64,000 nt of DNA, from the NCBI GenBank assembly GCA_032718475.1, contig JAUCBJ010008219.1, positions 1 to 64,000 on the forward strand, written 5' to 3'. The notes beneath the pieces are model-generated. The model was not told the origin of the DNA, did no database searches, and saw only the letters and a program-made list of their open reading frames with translations. Both the position numbers and the translations under genes were made by a program. The DNA comes from Nemertoderma westbladi (taxonomy: Eukaryota > Animalia > Xenacoelomorpha). Below, one piece after another: positions 12,572 to 25,263 of the stretch (positions are counted from its first letter, which is position 1; each line of letters opens with the position of its first letter).

Positions 12572-15500
12572 ATGCTCATGGAAAGATTACCCACTGAACA
12601 AATACATCAGGTGAGTGAATGGGAAGAAGAAATCAGTGAGGGAGAAATCACACCTGAGGGAACACCATACTCCTCAGATAACGACGATATTACCCAATTG
12701 TTTGACGAGGAAAATACAATCGACCTCCTCACTGAAAGTGAAGCTTGGAGAAACCAAGTGCACCTTTGCCATCTCATCCATCATGGCGGACAACTCGACT
12801 ACAACGACGAGCTAAATGAGGTGATAGATCGACACAACGCTAAGATTCGCGACGAACACGCCGTACGATTCTTTACTCAAGAAGCTGTAGAGCCTAATTC
12901 CTACGACAAAGCACTATCGGTCGAGGAGGAAAGAGCCAAGCAGATCCAGGAAACGACTACACGTTTCCTTAGAGATCAAGGGAGGTATGAGATTGGTCTG
13001 CCATTCCGAAGGCGAGAACCCAACTTTATAAATAACCGACCTTTGGCGGAGAAGAGAATCGCGCAACTACATCGGCGCCTTACGGCAAATGCTTCAGCTA
13101 AAGAGATGTACAAGACCCAGCTGAAGAAATTCATCGATAAGGGATACGCGGAGCGAGTACCGGAAGAAACACCCATAACTGAGAGAACGTATTATCTAAC
13201 CCATCATTACGTTCCCAAACCCGGTAAACCCAACGAAGTCCGGGTAGTATTTGACGGCTCCGCCCTTTACATGGGCCAATCCCTTAATTCTGAGTTGTTG
13301 CCGGGACCCAACTTACTTCAATCCTTGTTGGGAATACTCTTAAGATTACGGCAATATTCGATCGCCTTCGCCTCAGATATAGAAGGCATGTTCTTACAAG
13401 TTAAGGCGCTGGATAGGGATCGAGACAGCCTACGATTTCTGTGGTGGCCTGAAGGAGACCTCAATTAAAAACTGGTGGAGTACTGGATGACCATCCAGGC
13501 TTTCGGGATCATCTCGAGCCCCTCGAACGCCTGTTCAGTAGTGCGCACCACTGCTGATGACAACCGAGATGCCTTCTCTAAAGCGGTTATCGACAACATC
13601 AAACGGGATATATACATGGATGATAATGGTGGAAGGTGGAAGAAGCCATTGATATTGCCAAGGGAACGGTAGAGTGTTTGAAACGTGGTGGATTTCGACT
13701 AACTAAATTCACAAATAACTCCGTTTGCCGTAATCGTGAGTTTCTGGAATCGATCCCGGTAGAAGACCGAGGAGTTAAAGACCTGGACCTAATCAAGGAC
13801 GATCTTCCAGAAACCAAGACGCTTGGTTTGAAATGGGACACGGAGAGAGATATCCTGTTTTTCCAGCTAAAACAGCGAGATAATCCAATTCGAACTAAAC
13901 GGATTTGTCTAAGTATCCTGAACACTTATTTCGATCCATTGGGATTTATTAGCCCAGTTATATTGGTTGCTCGGAGCTTAGTGCAACAAATGTGGCTTGA
14001 AAACCACTCGTGGGACGATCCACTTAAGGGAGAACTACCAAAGAAGTGGATGAAATGGGAAGATTTTCTGCCATCCATCGAGAACTTTACGATTTCCCGT
14101 TCCTATTTTGGTCACGTTCTCCCCACGTATTCCTATCAACTCCATGTGTTTGGAGACGCCAGCGATATGGGAATAGGTATAGTAGCCTACCTGAGAGTTG
14201 AAACTCCGGAAGGAATTAAAGTCGCCTTGGTTACCTCTAAGGCCTTGATAAACAACAAGCTACGAGTTCCTCGAGCGGAGTTAAAGGCAGCTCTATACGC
14301 TACAGCCATCGGCCGGAATGTCACAGAACAGATTGACTATCCACTGGAGAAAACTGTCCATTGGACTAATGCTGTACTCGTTTTGGAATATATAACCAAT
14401 GAAGTCTGTCAGTTCAGCGTCTTCGTTACCAACAGAGTAGCCATTATACTTAGTCGCACTAGTGTAGATCAATGGAGACATTGCCTTGGGACGATTAATC
14501 CAGCCGACATCGCCTCCAGAGGAGCAACTCCTCAAGAACTGATAGATACTCCGGACTGGTTAGGTGGACCCGACTTCCTAAGTAAAGAAGAGGATGAATG
14601 GCCTCCTCATCTTACCACGGCTGAGATTAGACAAGCCAAGGGAGCGGAGAAAGTCAAACCCAAAACCCGGACGAGTAAATCAAAGTTATTTAAACCCGTG
14701 ATAGATCTGTCTGTACTACATATTTCCGGCGACGACACTGTGGATCTAAACTCCCCCGCCACAAATAAATCTGTTATGGAAATCAGAGAGAGAGACTGGA
14801 AATCTGGAACACCAGACGTATTGCAGGGACTCTCACCTCTCCTGCAGAGAGCGATAAATCACTATAGCTCCTGGAATCGGCTTTGTAAGGCCGTCGTGTA
14901 TTTAAAGCGATGCTTTCATCATCACTACTCCAGGACGAAGATCGCTAGTGATACCACTCCACTGACATCTGCGCAGGTCCATGCTATTAAAGATCTTCCC
15001 AAATACAAAGTATCCGATAGGTTTCTGACGGAGAAGATCAGTTACCAAGAGCATGAAGTAACCAATAAGCAGATACTGAGACTCCTGCAATGCTATGAAG
15101 ATTCTGATAAGTATTTCCTGTTGTTGAGAAATCCACAGATGCGCTTAAGGGATCGTTTCTCTAGCACAATGCTAGACGGGTTAATACGTGTTGGAGGGAG
15201 ACTAACTAATGCTCCATTATCCTTTGACACTAAATTTCCCATACTCATTAGAAATCTTGAAATACAAATCAAGATGATTGTAGATGTTCACAGTAAGCTT
15301 TACCATGCTGGTAGAGAACGAGTTCTTAGCGAAATTCGAACTCACTATTATTTCCATAAACCCCGTAGAGCTCTGAACCAAGTTCTTAGGAACTGTATAC
15401 CCTGTAGGAAAGCATTCAGTAGGCCTTTAACACAGCGAGAGGCAGAATTACCTAGAGAACGAGTAAGCTTCTATGAACCACCCTTTACTAATACCGGTGT

Positions 15501-17046
15501 GGATTTATTTGGCCCTATTGAAGTATATAGTGCTAGGACTATAGTCAAGCGATGGTGTGTCATCTTTGTCTGTATGACTTGTAGAGCGATCCATCTAGAT
15601 ATGGTGAACGATCTATCTACCAACAGCTTCATACTGAGTTTACGCCGACAGATCGCTCGCTTTGGAACTAGCAACACGATGAGATCTGATAAGGGAACGA
15701 ACTTCATTGGCGCCATTAATGAGATCAAGGCTTACGTTAGAGATTGGAACCAAAGACAGGTGGATGATCAGCTAAGAGTAACAGCATCTAGCTGGACCTT
15801 CAACGCCGCCAACGCCCCTTGGTGGGGAAGAAGTTGGGAGAGATTAATAAGAAGCGTGAAGACCGCATTTCACTTTATAGTGCCGTGCCGCGCGTATCTC
15901 CCCGACGAACTTTTGCGGACGTTAATGGAAGAAATCGCCGCCTATCTTAACGAGAGACCACTTATGCCATGCCAGTCTCATCGAGTCCCGACTCCCTGGA
16001 AGCGCTAACACCCGCGCACTTCCTACTGAAGAAACCTGTAGCCATGCTCCCACGATCGGAAATCACGGACGGAGACGAATACTACCGACAAACTTGGCAA
16101 CTTATGCAGTTATTATCCCTTCGTTTCGCTGACCATTTCGAAAAACATTATCTGCCTACGCCACAACTTCGAACCAAGTGGTTTGCGCAGCAAGAAAACG
16201 TCAGCGCCGGAGACATGGTCCTTATTGTGGAATCAGATCTTCCACGTAAGCAGTGGCAGACAGGTCGTATCATCGAGACTCGTATCTCCGATGATGGTTT
16301 AGTGCGATCGGTAGAACTCGTCGTCATGCGACGTAACTTTAAGAAACCTGGAATTGTGTTCGAAACACAGCAGCTCAATCGCCCAGTTGGTCGTTTATGT
16401 TTACTGGAAAGAGACAGAGAACTGTCCGGAAACTATGGAAGGCAAGATACTCTTCCCACGACCACCTCCCTAATCCAACAAACATCTAGGGACTCCCCAA
16501 CGTAACAGCGTCTGGAGTGGGTATGTGACTATATTATTTTATATTCGTTTTTATTATTTTTATATTAAGTATGTATTATTATGTAATTTTATAATAATCG
16601 TTTTCTTTAATTTTATTTAGTAGAATGTTATTTTAGCGATTATTTAGTAGAATTAGTGCAATATATACTCGTGTTTATTACTTAATTACTTATATTATAT
16701 ATTTAGTGCAACGGCGAGAAATAATTATTTTTTCTCTTTCCTTACTGTCCGTATCATATTATAAATGCGTGACTACAGTAAGATGAAATATCCGTACATT
16801 GAAACATCCGTATATTAAAGTACTATAAAGCTCCTACTATACTCAAGTATTATTGGTAAGTAGAGTATTAGGAATGCAAAGTTCAGATCCTCGTGTCTTG
16901 GCTAAACCAAGCTCTGGGTAGACCTTGGAAACGACTTGCCTCTTCTCACTGACATTGCTTCTTGCAATATTGCTCTCATACCGTATATTAAATAATACAT
17001 ATAGTAGCGTGATGTCCCTTTAACAGTAGCGTAAAACGCAAAATAA

Positions 17047-17445
17047 ATCTGTTAAACCCTTTGACCATCTGTAATTCTAGTCGATTAAGATATCGCGGCA
17101 CCCACCGATATACTTGAAAGACAAAATTCTAGAATCAATGGTTAACGTCCCCAGACATGTTCTGGAATAAATCGGTGCCCATTTTAAATATTACATAGTT
17201 AATATTTATAAAAATCTATTAAAACAAATGTTATAATAGAGTAAATGCATACAAATAAACTCTAAGGAGTTTGTAAACGAAGAAAATTTATAAATCAAAA
17301 TCTGTTAAAATTTAGATCCTTTAAAATTCTAGTCGATTAAGATATCGTAGCACTTTCCGATACTCTTATAAAGACAAATTCCTAGAATCAAGGATCTCAG
17401 TCCCCAGACATGCTCTGGAATAAAATTGTGTCTATTTTAATATTA
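17047..17445 (+). ncRNA. Tandemly duplicated structured RNA element in the Pao 3' region
   Basis: Two ~145-nt copies (17047-17192, 17299-17445) with the same nested stems. The outer stem changes from ttgaccat/atggttaa to agatcctt/aaggatct and still pairs. Confidence 0.55.
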
Positions 17446-18246
17446 AATAATAAAATTTATGGGAATAATTTTAAATTCATATTCTTTCATGAATTTGATA
17501 AATTGTCATTTTATGCAATTTATAACATTCCCAAAATTCTATTAATTAATAGATCATGGGAGCGGAGATTCACCCTATTAAGTATATTAGCGCGAGAGAA
17601 TCTCTAATATATAGTCAATAGCCTATAAAATTCATAAAATCATGTATAAAGGGGAATATTGACAATTAAAGAATTACTCTTAAATAGCATCCCAGATCTG
17701 TATGCATGAGAATTACCCTAATTCTACTGCTAGCTTTTCATAATGTCATCATAGCAACAACCACGCTAGAATTAGAAGCGAGTTAAAAGAACAATAGAAA
17801 GCTTGCCCCATTGAATAGCATAAGGAATAAATAGTGCACTGCTAGTACCCAAGGATACATAATAATAACGTGGCATTCTGGAAGGCACTTGACTAACGGA
17901 CAAATGGCCCGAATGTGTACAATTTGTGACAGTTGTGTGGAATTTGTGCGTTTATAGGTGAATGATGCTACTAAAGTGTGTTTACAGTAGCTAGTCGCAG
18001 TTGTGAAAGTAGCCCTACCTCTGCAGTAAGAACCTGAAGTAAATCTAAGCCCTTGGGACAGACAGTGGAGTGACTCGCGCTGGTTATTGTTGTCGTTGTG
18101 TAGCTACTACATTGGCGATAAGCACCGCGACAACAGTACATCGGCGCTGAGGATCTTGCGCTGTCCGGGGGCAGTGAGGGGTAGGCAGCGATGCCCGCTA
18201 GCCTAATTATAATTAATTATAATATTGATAAACTCATATAGCAGCT

Positions 18247-18624
18247 ATGACTGAGTTGATAGAAGATGATCTTGGTATCAGGGAGCGATATACCCTACCG
18301 TTGCAAGCGTTTGTTGATAGCCTAATACGCGGCGATGCTAGTCCCACTACTACGGAGGACGATGGCCGTTATATCGAACCGCCAATGTCCAAGGAACAAC
18401 TCACGCGTGAATTGGACTATAGAAAATTCACCGCTCGCTATGCGCATCATAATGGTACGTATATGGACTTCTTAACTACTGGCCATCCTATCAATTTACA
18501 CGATACGGACGATGTAGACACCAAAAGGGAAATGGTTCTATTTAAATATCATACCCAGCGGAGTCGGAACGATAAACCGAGAATCGAACACGAAAATTCT
18601 ATTCAAAACCGACTCGAAAGATAG
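18247..18624 (+). CDS. Extra ORF of unknown function in the Pao 3' internal region
   Basis: 125-aa ATG-initiated ORF, higher GC than its flanks, hydrophilic, no recognisable motif. Confidence 0.4.
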   Translation: MTELIEDDLGIRERYTLPLQAFVDSLIRGDASPTTTEDDGRYIEPPMSKEQLTRELDYRKFTARYAHHNGTYMDFLTTGHPINLHDTDDVDTKREMVLFKYHTQRSRNDKPRIEHENSIQNRLER

Positions 18625-18873
18625 AATGTGGAAGAAAGTTTAAAAGGGCAAGTAGAGGAGAACCCACTGGAGAAAAATCAATACGTTAATGTCCAGGGTC
18701 CATAATGTGAATAGTTTTCCCCGGGCACGGGTGCTCGCAGGAGGTCTCCAAACTGCGTAAACGCCGACTAACTGTTTAGCCGACTAACAGACTAACTGTT
18801 TAGAGTATTTTTATATTTTAGAAACTGTGATTTTTTATATTTTATAGAATTAATTCCCATTTTCTGGGAGCGG

Positions 18874-20034
18874 TATAAAAGCTTTTGCGGATATAACAGG
18901 TCATTTTTCTCCGCAATATACTGTGTAGGTGTTTTGGCGGACATAACAAGCCATTTTCTCCGCAATGTACCGTGAAGGTGTTTTAGCGGACATAACAAGC
19001 CATTTTATGCCGCAATGCGCTAATACTCTAAATAGAGTGTAGTTCAGATGACGAAATCTGTCAGCTGATTTACTGTCGATGTGGAACTTCTTTGTTCAGC
19101 TCGCTCAGCCAATCAGAGCGATTTTCATTTTATCTTGCACAGAGGCCTACGGAAAACCGCGCAATGCATTACGGTCTTTGTTTACCTTTCTGAGCGAGAA
19201 CAACTGCTTGGAAATTCTTCTGTACTTCTGTGTTAGAAGTTTCAGACTTTGGCCAACATTAGACGGCTTTGATTATAAGAACATAAATCTATTATCTTGT
19301 CAACTGGCCTGGTCACACATCGGACCTGAAACATTGCTGTATAATAAAACTGCATTATTTTACTTCTGTTTACTGTCGGTTACTAATTATTATATGTTGA
19401 TGGATATGTTGTTATATTTGGAGAATATCGATAAATAATAATAAAACCCCAATCTTCTTGATTACTGAAGGTAAGAGGGACCTGTTACCGGTAGCAATTG
19501 CGACTTACATTACAGTGGTTTTAGTGTGCATTAAATGCTATTTCATAATCCCTACATGTGTCAGTTGCTATCCTCCTTATATATGGTTAAATTCAGTGAC
19601 GGTCGGCAGATCAGTATGCAGCAGTGTGAAGTCGTATGCAGCAGTGTGACAGATAATAAAGCATCTCTTAAAGAATGCGCTATTTGCGAAAATCAGTAGC
19701 CATCTCGTTGTGTTTAGTATAAGTCATAACTCTGTTTTATACTTAAAGCGCCACGTCCTAAAGGAACTGTTAATATTTCCCCGAAAGTGAATAATATTGT
19801 CAGAGATTATATAGTAACGATCAATCGAATAATACAGTAGGTCTGCAACGCAATAACTTCAAAGCACCCGAATCCAGTCTCCCTTAACTGTGGGTGAATG
19901 ATCGCGCATAGACTGGCTTCGGCTAATGTTACTTCATGTGCATTAAATAATTGTTATAGGGTAAAGTCGATTTATAAACAAGAAGACACCTAAAATTGGC
20001 AGGTTAAACTGCTAAAGGTCTGAAAGCGCGAACA
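18874..20034 (+). repeat. 3' LTR of BEL/Pao element
   Basis: Preceded by purine-rich gggagcgg; starts TATAAAAGCTTTTGCGG, ends GCGCGAACA, then TSD TGTAC. Confidence 0.93.
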
Positions 20035-20969
20035 TGTACTGTACAATGTATAAAAAGGAGTTACAGGTACAGCGTACATTTAGACCGTCTGTAAGGTGTT
20101 GTAAACAGTAACTGTGAGTTAGTAAACATTTAGTACAGTAAGTAAGCTACAGTAAGTACTGTACAGTCAGACGTTCAGTACAGTACAGCCTACAGCTCAG
20201 TAGGCTAAGCCAGTTACTAAACATTAGTATGTAAGCTAAAGTAAGCCAGTTACCGTACTAAATATTAGAACACACTGTAAATATAACCAATATTGGCGGT
20301 AAATAAAGGACTAGGCCTACTACTGTATTCGTAAAAAAAAAAAGTAAGCAGAAAACACCCATTTTGCCTTTCCAGATATTTTATTGAGGGAAATTCAGAT
20401 ATTCAGATTTTGTCTTTGTCAGTTTGTAAAAATATATAGTTACTGTATGCTGCACTATATCGACGGCTACCGGCAACCGGGTACTTTAATTAATTAATTC
20501 TAAAGTTTTAATTTTTTATACAGTTATAAATTTTAAACTATGAGTGCGGCAAGGGCGGCAACTGTTTAATTTTTAATTTACTACGGTATAAAACATAGCA
20601 GCATAGCCTATACTTTATTGAAATTACACGTGCCACTCAGCTGTTCAGATAATGTACTGACGTATATTCAATTCATACCAGCATACAGTATGAACTGATT
20701 TATAATTCCCACTTAAACACTTATCCTTCAGCTTCAACTTGTCAGCTTGTCGGATTATGCAACAAAACGGTATTAGTACGTTTGAACGACACTAGCCAAA
20801 CAAGCCTAAAACCAGAAAAATAATGGTACCGGTACCGGTATAGCAGTATTGTGCACCACCTTGCGGATTGCATGGGTATTATTTATTAATTTTTAATTTA
20901 ATTTAATTTAATTTAATTTTTGAAGATTGAAGGCAAGCAAATAAGTTACGGTGTGATAAATTGATTAGG

Positions 20970-21600
20970 GCCTATTAAAAAAAATTATTTCATTAATATT
21001 GATTATTAAAAAAAATATTGCATGAATAATTATTGATTATTAAAAAATATATAAGTAATAATCAATAATCAATTATTGATTATTAAAAAAAATATTGCAT
21101 GAATAATTATTGATTATTTTAAAAAATATTGCATGAATAATTATTGATTATTAAAAAAATATTGCATGAATAATTATTGATTATTTAAAAAAATATTTTT
21201 AATAATCAATAATTATTGATTATTAAAAAAAATTATTTCATGAATAATTATTGATTATTAAAAAAAATATTGCATGAATAATTATTGATTATTAAAAAAT
21301 ATATAAGTAATAATCAATAATTAATTATTGATTATTAAAAAAAAGATTGCATGAATAATTATTGATTATTAAAAAATATATAAGTAATAATCAATAATTA
21401 ATTATTGATTATTAAAAAAAAGATTGCATGAATAATTATTGATTATTAAAAAATATATAAGTAATAATCAATAATTAATTATTGATTATTAAAAAAAAGA
21501 TTGAATGAATAATTATTGATTATTTAAAAAATATTGCATGAATAATTATTGATTATTAAAAAAAATTATTGCATGAATAATTATTGATTATTTAAAAAAA
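20970..21600. repeat. AT-rich minisatellite
   Basis: Repeated aataattattgattattaaaaaaaatattgcatg units with internal palindromes. Confidence 0.9.
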
Positions 21601-22089
21601 AGACTCCCCACCTGTCTCTCCCACAGCCACAACACCTCCATTTATCTCCCCCCCAACACCACCTATCTCCACCACATCACCTCCACCTGTCTCCCCCACA
21701 GCCACAACACCTCCACCTATCTCTGTATCTCCCCGACATCACCTGACTGCCTGATCACCTCCTGACTATAGGGGCTGTTAGTTGCGCTGTCAGTCAGAGA
21801 GGTAACAGCCCATGGGGTAAGGATTTACCCATGGGGCTCTAACTATCAGATAGTCTGATACCAACTGTCAGACAGTCTTTTTCAACTATCAGATAGATGA
21901 TCGCCCAGTTACAAGTTGCCCGATAGTTGTATTTTTTAAACCCCGAGTGTTGTTGACGGAATCTGTTACTTCCGAAATCGTTGATCGTGGTGCCGGTGCC
22001 GGAATTCTGGCTTTGATTAAAAACACTGAACTGCTGAACGATGATGGCGGAATCTACGAAACCCGGCCGGATTCCTAATCCGAGGAGGC

Positions 22090-22530
22090 GACGGAGTCAA
22101 TTACGATAAACAATGAAACGATCGCGATGGACAATGGAGTCTATTCAATGTATCCAGAACGATACGATGGCGACGGAGTCTATTACAGTATTACAGTATT
22201 AAACACGCAACCAAAGCGATCAGACGATGGCGAAGTAATCTACAAAACAGAACGACAGGAAGGCGATGGAGTTTATTAAACCCAGTAAGATGGTGCATAG
22301 CAAAGCGATCGAGACGGATGACGGAGTCTATTACAGTATTAAACACGCAACCAAAGCGAAAAGACGATGGCGAAGTAATCTACGACAATAGAACGACAGG
22401 AAGGCGATGGAGTTTATTAAACCCAGTAAGATGGTGCATAGCGAAGCGATCGAGACAGATAACGGAGTCTATTACAGTATTAAACCTGGAACGAAGATGG
22501 TGGCATCTATAGGCCTAAACCTGGAACAAT
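22090..22530. repeat. Diverged tandem repeat (~125-bp unit with gatggcga/gacggagtctattacagtatt subunits)
   Basis: 22170-22320 and 22318-22480 are near-duplicates. Confidence 0.75.
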
Positions 22531-23189
22531 GCGAACAAGGCTACTGTAAAGTTAGACTAGACTGGTTTGTGAGATTAACTTGCCAATACTAACTCAATAC
22601 AATTTGCTTTCTTCGAATTCCTAATAATATATTTTAATCTTAATAATAATTATTCAACATCAATCTTTTAATAAGTCTTGTCAATGTATAAGACTTCCCT
22701 CTCCAGGTGAAAATCGACGCAAATAACAGCTTGTTTACTACTAAAATATTACATGTTTACCAAGTTTGGTATAGATTGAATGAGTTACGATTTTAAATTA
22801 TCAGTGGAGGGTAAAGGCGGTGGGCCAGGATTCAGTTATACTTGAATAAAGAATAGTGATTAAACCAAGGGATACGCGATATATGACACTGCTGTATAAG
22901 TTCATTGAATGACTGTTGATTTCGAAACATTTAATTCAAAACTATATAAATGTTAATGTAATGTTGGATTTTTTTTTGTAATAATAATTGACAGATGAAT
23001 TATATTTCATTAATTTATTTTTTTATCTAATCACATTATTAAATAACGAAGAGTATTGAATATCTTCGGCCGTCATCCCGTTGGTGACTCCATTGGCAAC
23101 CATTTCGACAGTTTCGATTGGTTTCGGCTCTTCGGTGCCCGAATAGACCGATGGTCGGCGTGGTTGCTGTCCCCATGACTGCTGGACTG

Positions 23190-23460
23190 AGGCTGCAATA
23201 CCAACCAAAATTGCCATCTCCAGGCGCTGGGCACTGGAGCAGAAACTGGTGTGACCGCGGTTCGTGGGTGGCACTGTGGAGACGAGCCCCGATCTCCCGG
23301 AGGAAGGTGGATGTCTCTGGACCAGGGCGGCCAAAGGCGTCAAAGGCCACGGGGTTAAAGAAATGGCCCGGTCCATTCTGTCCATTAGGTCGCGATACTT
23401 AGAGTTTTTAATGCGCTCCGCCCCCTCAGCTGAGTGCCCCCCAGCAATGACTGTATGATG
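23190..23460 (-). mobile_element. 3' fragment of a CRE-like (restriction-like endonuclease) non-LTR retrotransposon
   Basis: AGGHSAEGAERIKNSKYRDL, then frameshifted VAFDAFGRPGPETSTFLREIGARL..ATHEPRSHQFLLQ, matching the C-terminal pattern of CRE-type elements. Confidence 0.6.
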
Positions 23461-23516
23461 GTTTGTTGAAGGTGGCTGGGAGCCAGTGGATATAGTAATA
23501 ATTAACGCAAAGATAT

Positions 23517-24010
23517 GATAATAATAATAATACACTCTTTTATTAATCATTAACATATAAAAATTAATTAAAAGGGAGAACATCACCCAGGTTACAAGGA
23601 CACTTACGGGCAACAATTGCACTTAAAAATATCGTTAAATTAAAAGACTAAAATACGTTTCTTATATATTGTAAAATTTACTAATCCAAAAATCTATCAA
23701 AACTACAATAAGGTAAAAGATCTACTTTTTTTTAACAAGTTCTTAAAAACATTAATATTGACTGCCATAACTACGTCTGACGGTAAATCGTTCCATACAC
23801 TTACTACACACGGTTTGAATAGGAATACTTAGTTATCTCTAATCTAGTAAAACGTTTAAAAAGTTTATAAGAATGTCCTCGATTGCACCGCACCGTATTT
23901 GCAAAAGTAAAAAAAAAATCTTGTGGTAGATCAACAAGTTGATGTATAATGTTGTAAGTCATTGTAAGATCAAAAATATGTCTTCGTACTTCTAAAGGCT
24001 GTAGTTCTTA
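23517..24010 (-). mobile_element. 3' fragment of a CR1-group LINE
   Basis: Minus-strand translation LQPLEVRRHIFDL..TYNII...RGHSYKL...YSNRVVSVWNDLPSDVV, then an AT-rich 3' UTR and a (TAT)n tail. Confidence 0.75.
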
Positions 24011-25099
24011 TGATTAGGTAGGCCTACGTGATATTAGTTTCTCAAACCAAACCTATCCATCCATTGACATCCAAATATATCCAATTTCTCAATCCATACT
24101 AATCAGTATGTAATATTGTACACTATAATGCAATACCGGTAATGTCAATGCAGCAATGTCCAACCATACAATGCGTTGAGTGTTATCGGATCAGCCGCCA
24201 AGAAATGTTAGGTTAATGGCACCTCGCTCCACGCTCTGTCGCATCAGTTTTTGTAGTGGTCTAGTTCCAGGCTACCAAAATCCGTTAGGCCTAGTGCATG
24301 ATATAGAATCAGCACATCCTGACATCTGTGCAACTCCTGAACTCACGCGAGCATTTTACAGATGGATGGTGGTCTAATTTATATGGTCTTGTACCGCGAA
24401 ACCGTGTATTATTTACAGATGTAGGCTAAATTTCGGTTATGTACCGTGCACAGTACTGGTGGGCCTACACAGCTACTGCTATTTTGCCTAATACAGGTCC
24501 CAGAGGTAAATCCTTACCCCACGGGCTGTTACCTCTCTGACTGACAGCGCAACAGCCCTCTCTCCCTCCTGAACAGCTGAAACCCTAGTCATCCAGTTTT
24601 CCTTACCATCTGCTATTATCGTGCTTTCCGACCCCGATGACGAATCATTTGTTGGCCCCCAAGTCGGATCATATGAGTCACTAGGTTCCCTTGGTGTAAT
24701 GGGAGAAATGGGACTCGTCATAAGAAATGGAAAGAGCTCCGGAATCGGAGACGCGGTGTCTGGTGGGAGTGGGGAAAATGTCATTTTCATGACCTGGTTA
24801 AGTAATTCCATTGCACCCTCCTCGCCATCACTGCTGCACTGGTTCTGGTACCACTAGCACTGCTGTAATTGTAAGATGGATCCTCCTGCTGGTTGTCTGA
24901 CATATTAATGTAATTATTCAGTACAAATGATCAGTAGAATATAGTGTATAGTACACTAGCAGAATGAATGGCAGTGCAGTGGTAGGCAGTACACAGTACA
25001 GCAGTACATACCGCTGTAGGCCTACCGGTAGTTTAAATAGCAATTTGGTTGCTAGGCAGCCGTCAAATACAGCTGGTGGTGGTTGGTGAGTAATTATTT

Positions 25100-25201
25100 A
25101 GTTTTTACATGCTGTATTTTGTGGGGCGAGCCACGAAGTTGGCGGAGCCTTAGCGAATTGACACTGTTAGGGGGTGGGTCAATTTATGCAAATAGTTGTC
25201 G

Positions 25202-25263
<62 letters not shown>

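Larger units (their letters stand above)
10787..16505 (+). pseudogene. pol: BEL/Pao pol (protease C-terminus, RT, RNase H, integrase, DUF5641-like), interrupted by a LINE
   Basis: TRVGWCFTGP; RVVFDGSA, GPNLLQSL, SDIEGMFLQV, FGIISSP, YMDD (RT); LHVFGDAS, VPRAELKA, NPADIASRG (RNase H/A17); H..LYHAG..CIPC, GVDLFGP, SDKGTNF, WERLIRSVK (integrase); LTPAHFL...RPVGRLC. Stops or frameshifts near 11010, 13466, 13630 and 15965. Confidence 0.92.
1945..20034 (+). mobile_element. BEL/Pao LTR retrotransposon (decayed, with nested insertions)
   Basis: Two ~1.16-kb direct repeats, TG...CA outer ends, 5-bp TSD TGTAC (1940-1944 and 20035-20039). Domain order is gag (DUF1759-like, CCHC knuckles), protease, RT, RNase H, integrase, DUF5641-like. 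Confidence 0.95.

Noticed and set aside
12446-12584. N-terminus of the 340-aa ORF as part of Pao pol
   Set aside because: It is the antisense strand of the inserted RTE LINE plus its TSD.
24488-24903. Acidic Ser/Pro-rich minus-strand ORF
   Set aside because: Frameshifted, truncated at a repeat and without a recognisable domain; possibly a transposase N-terminal remnant but not supportable.
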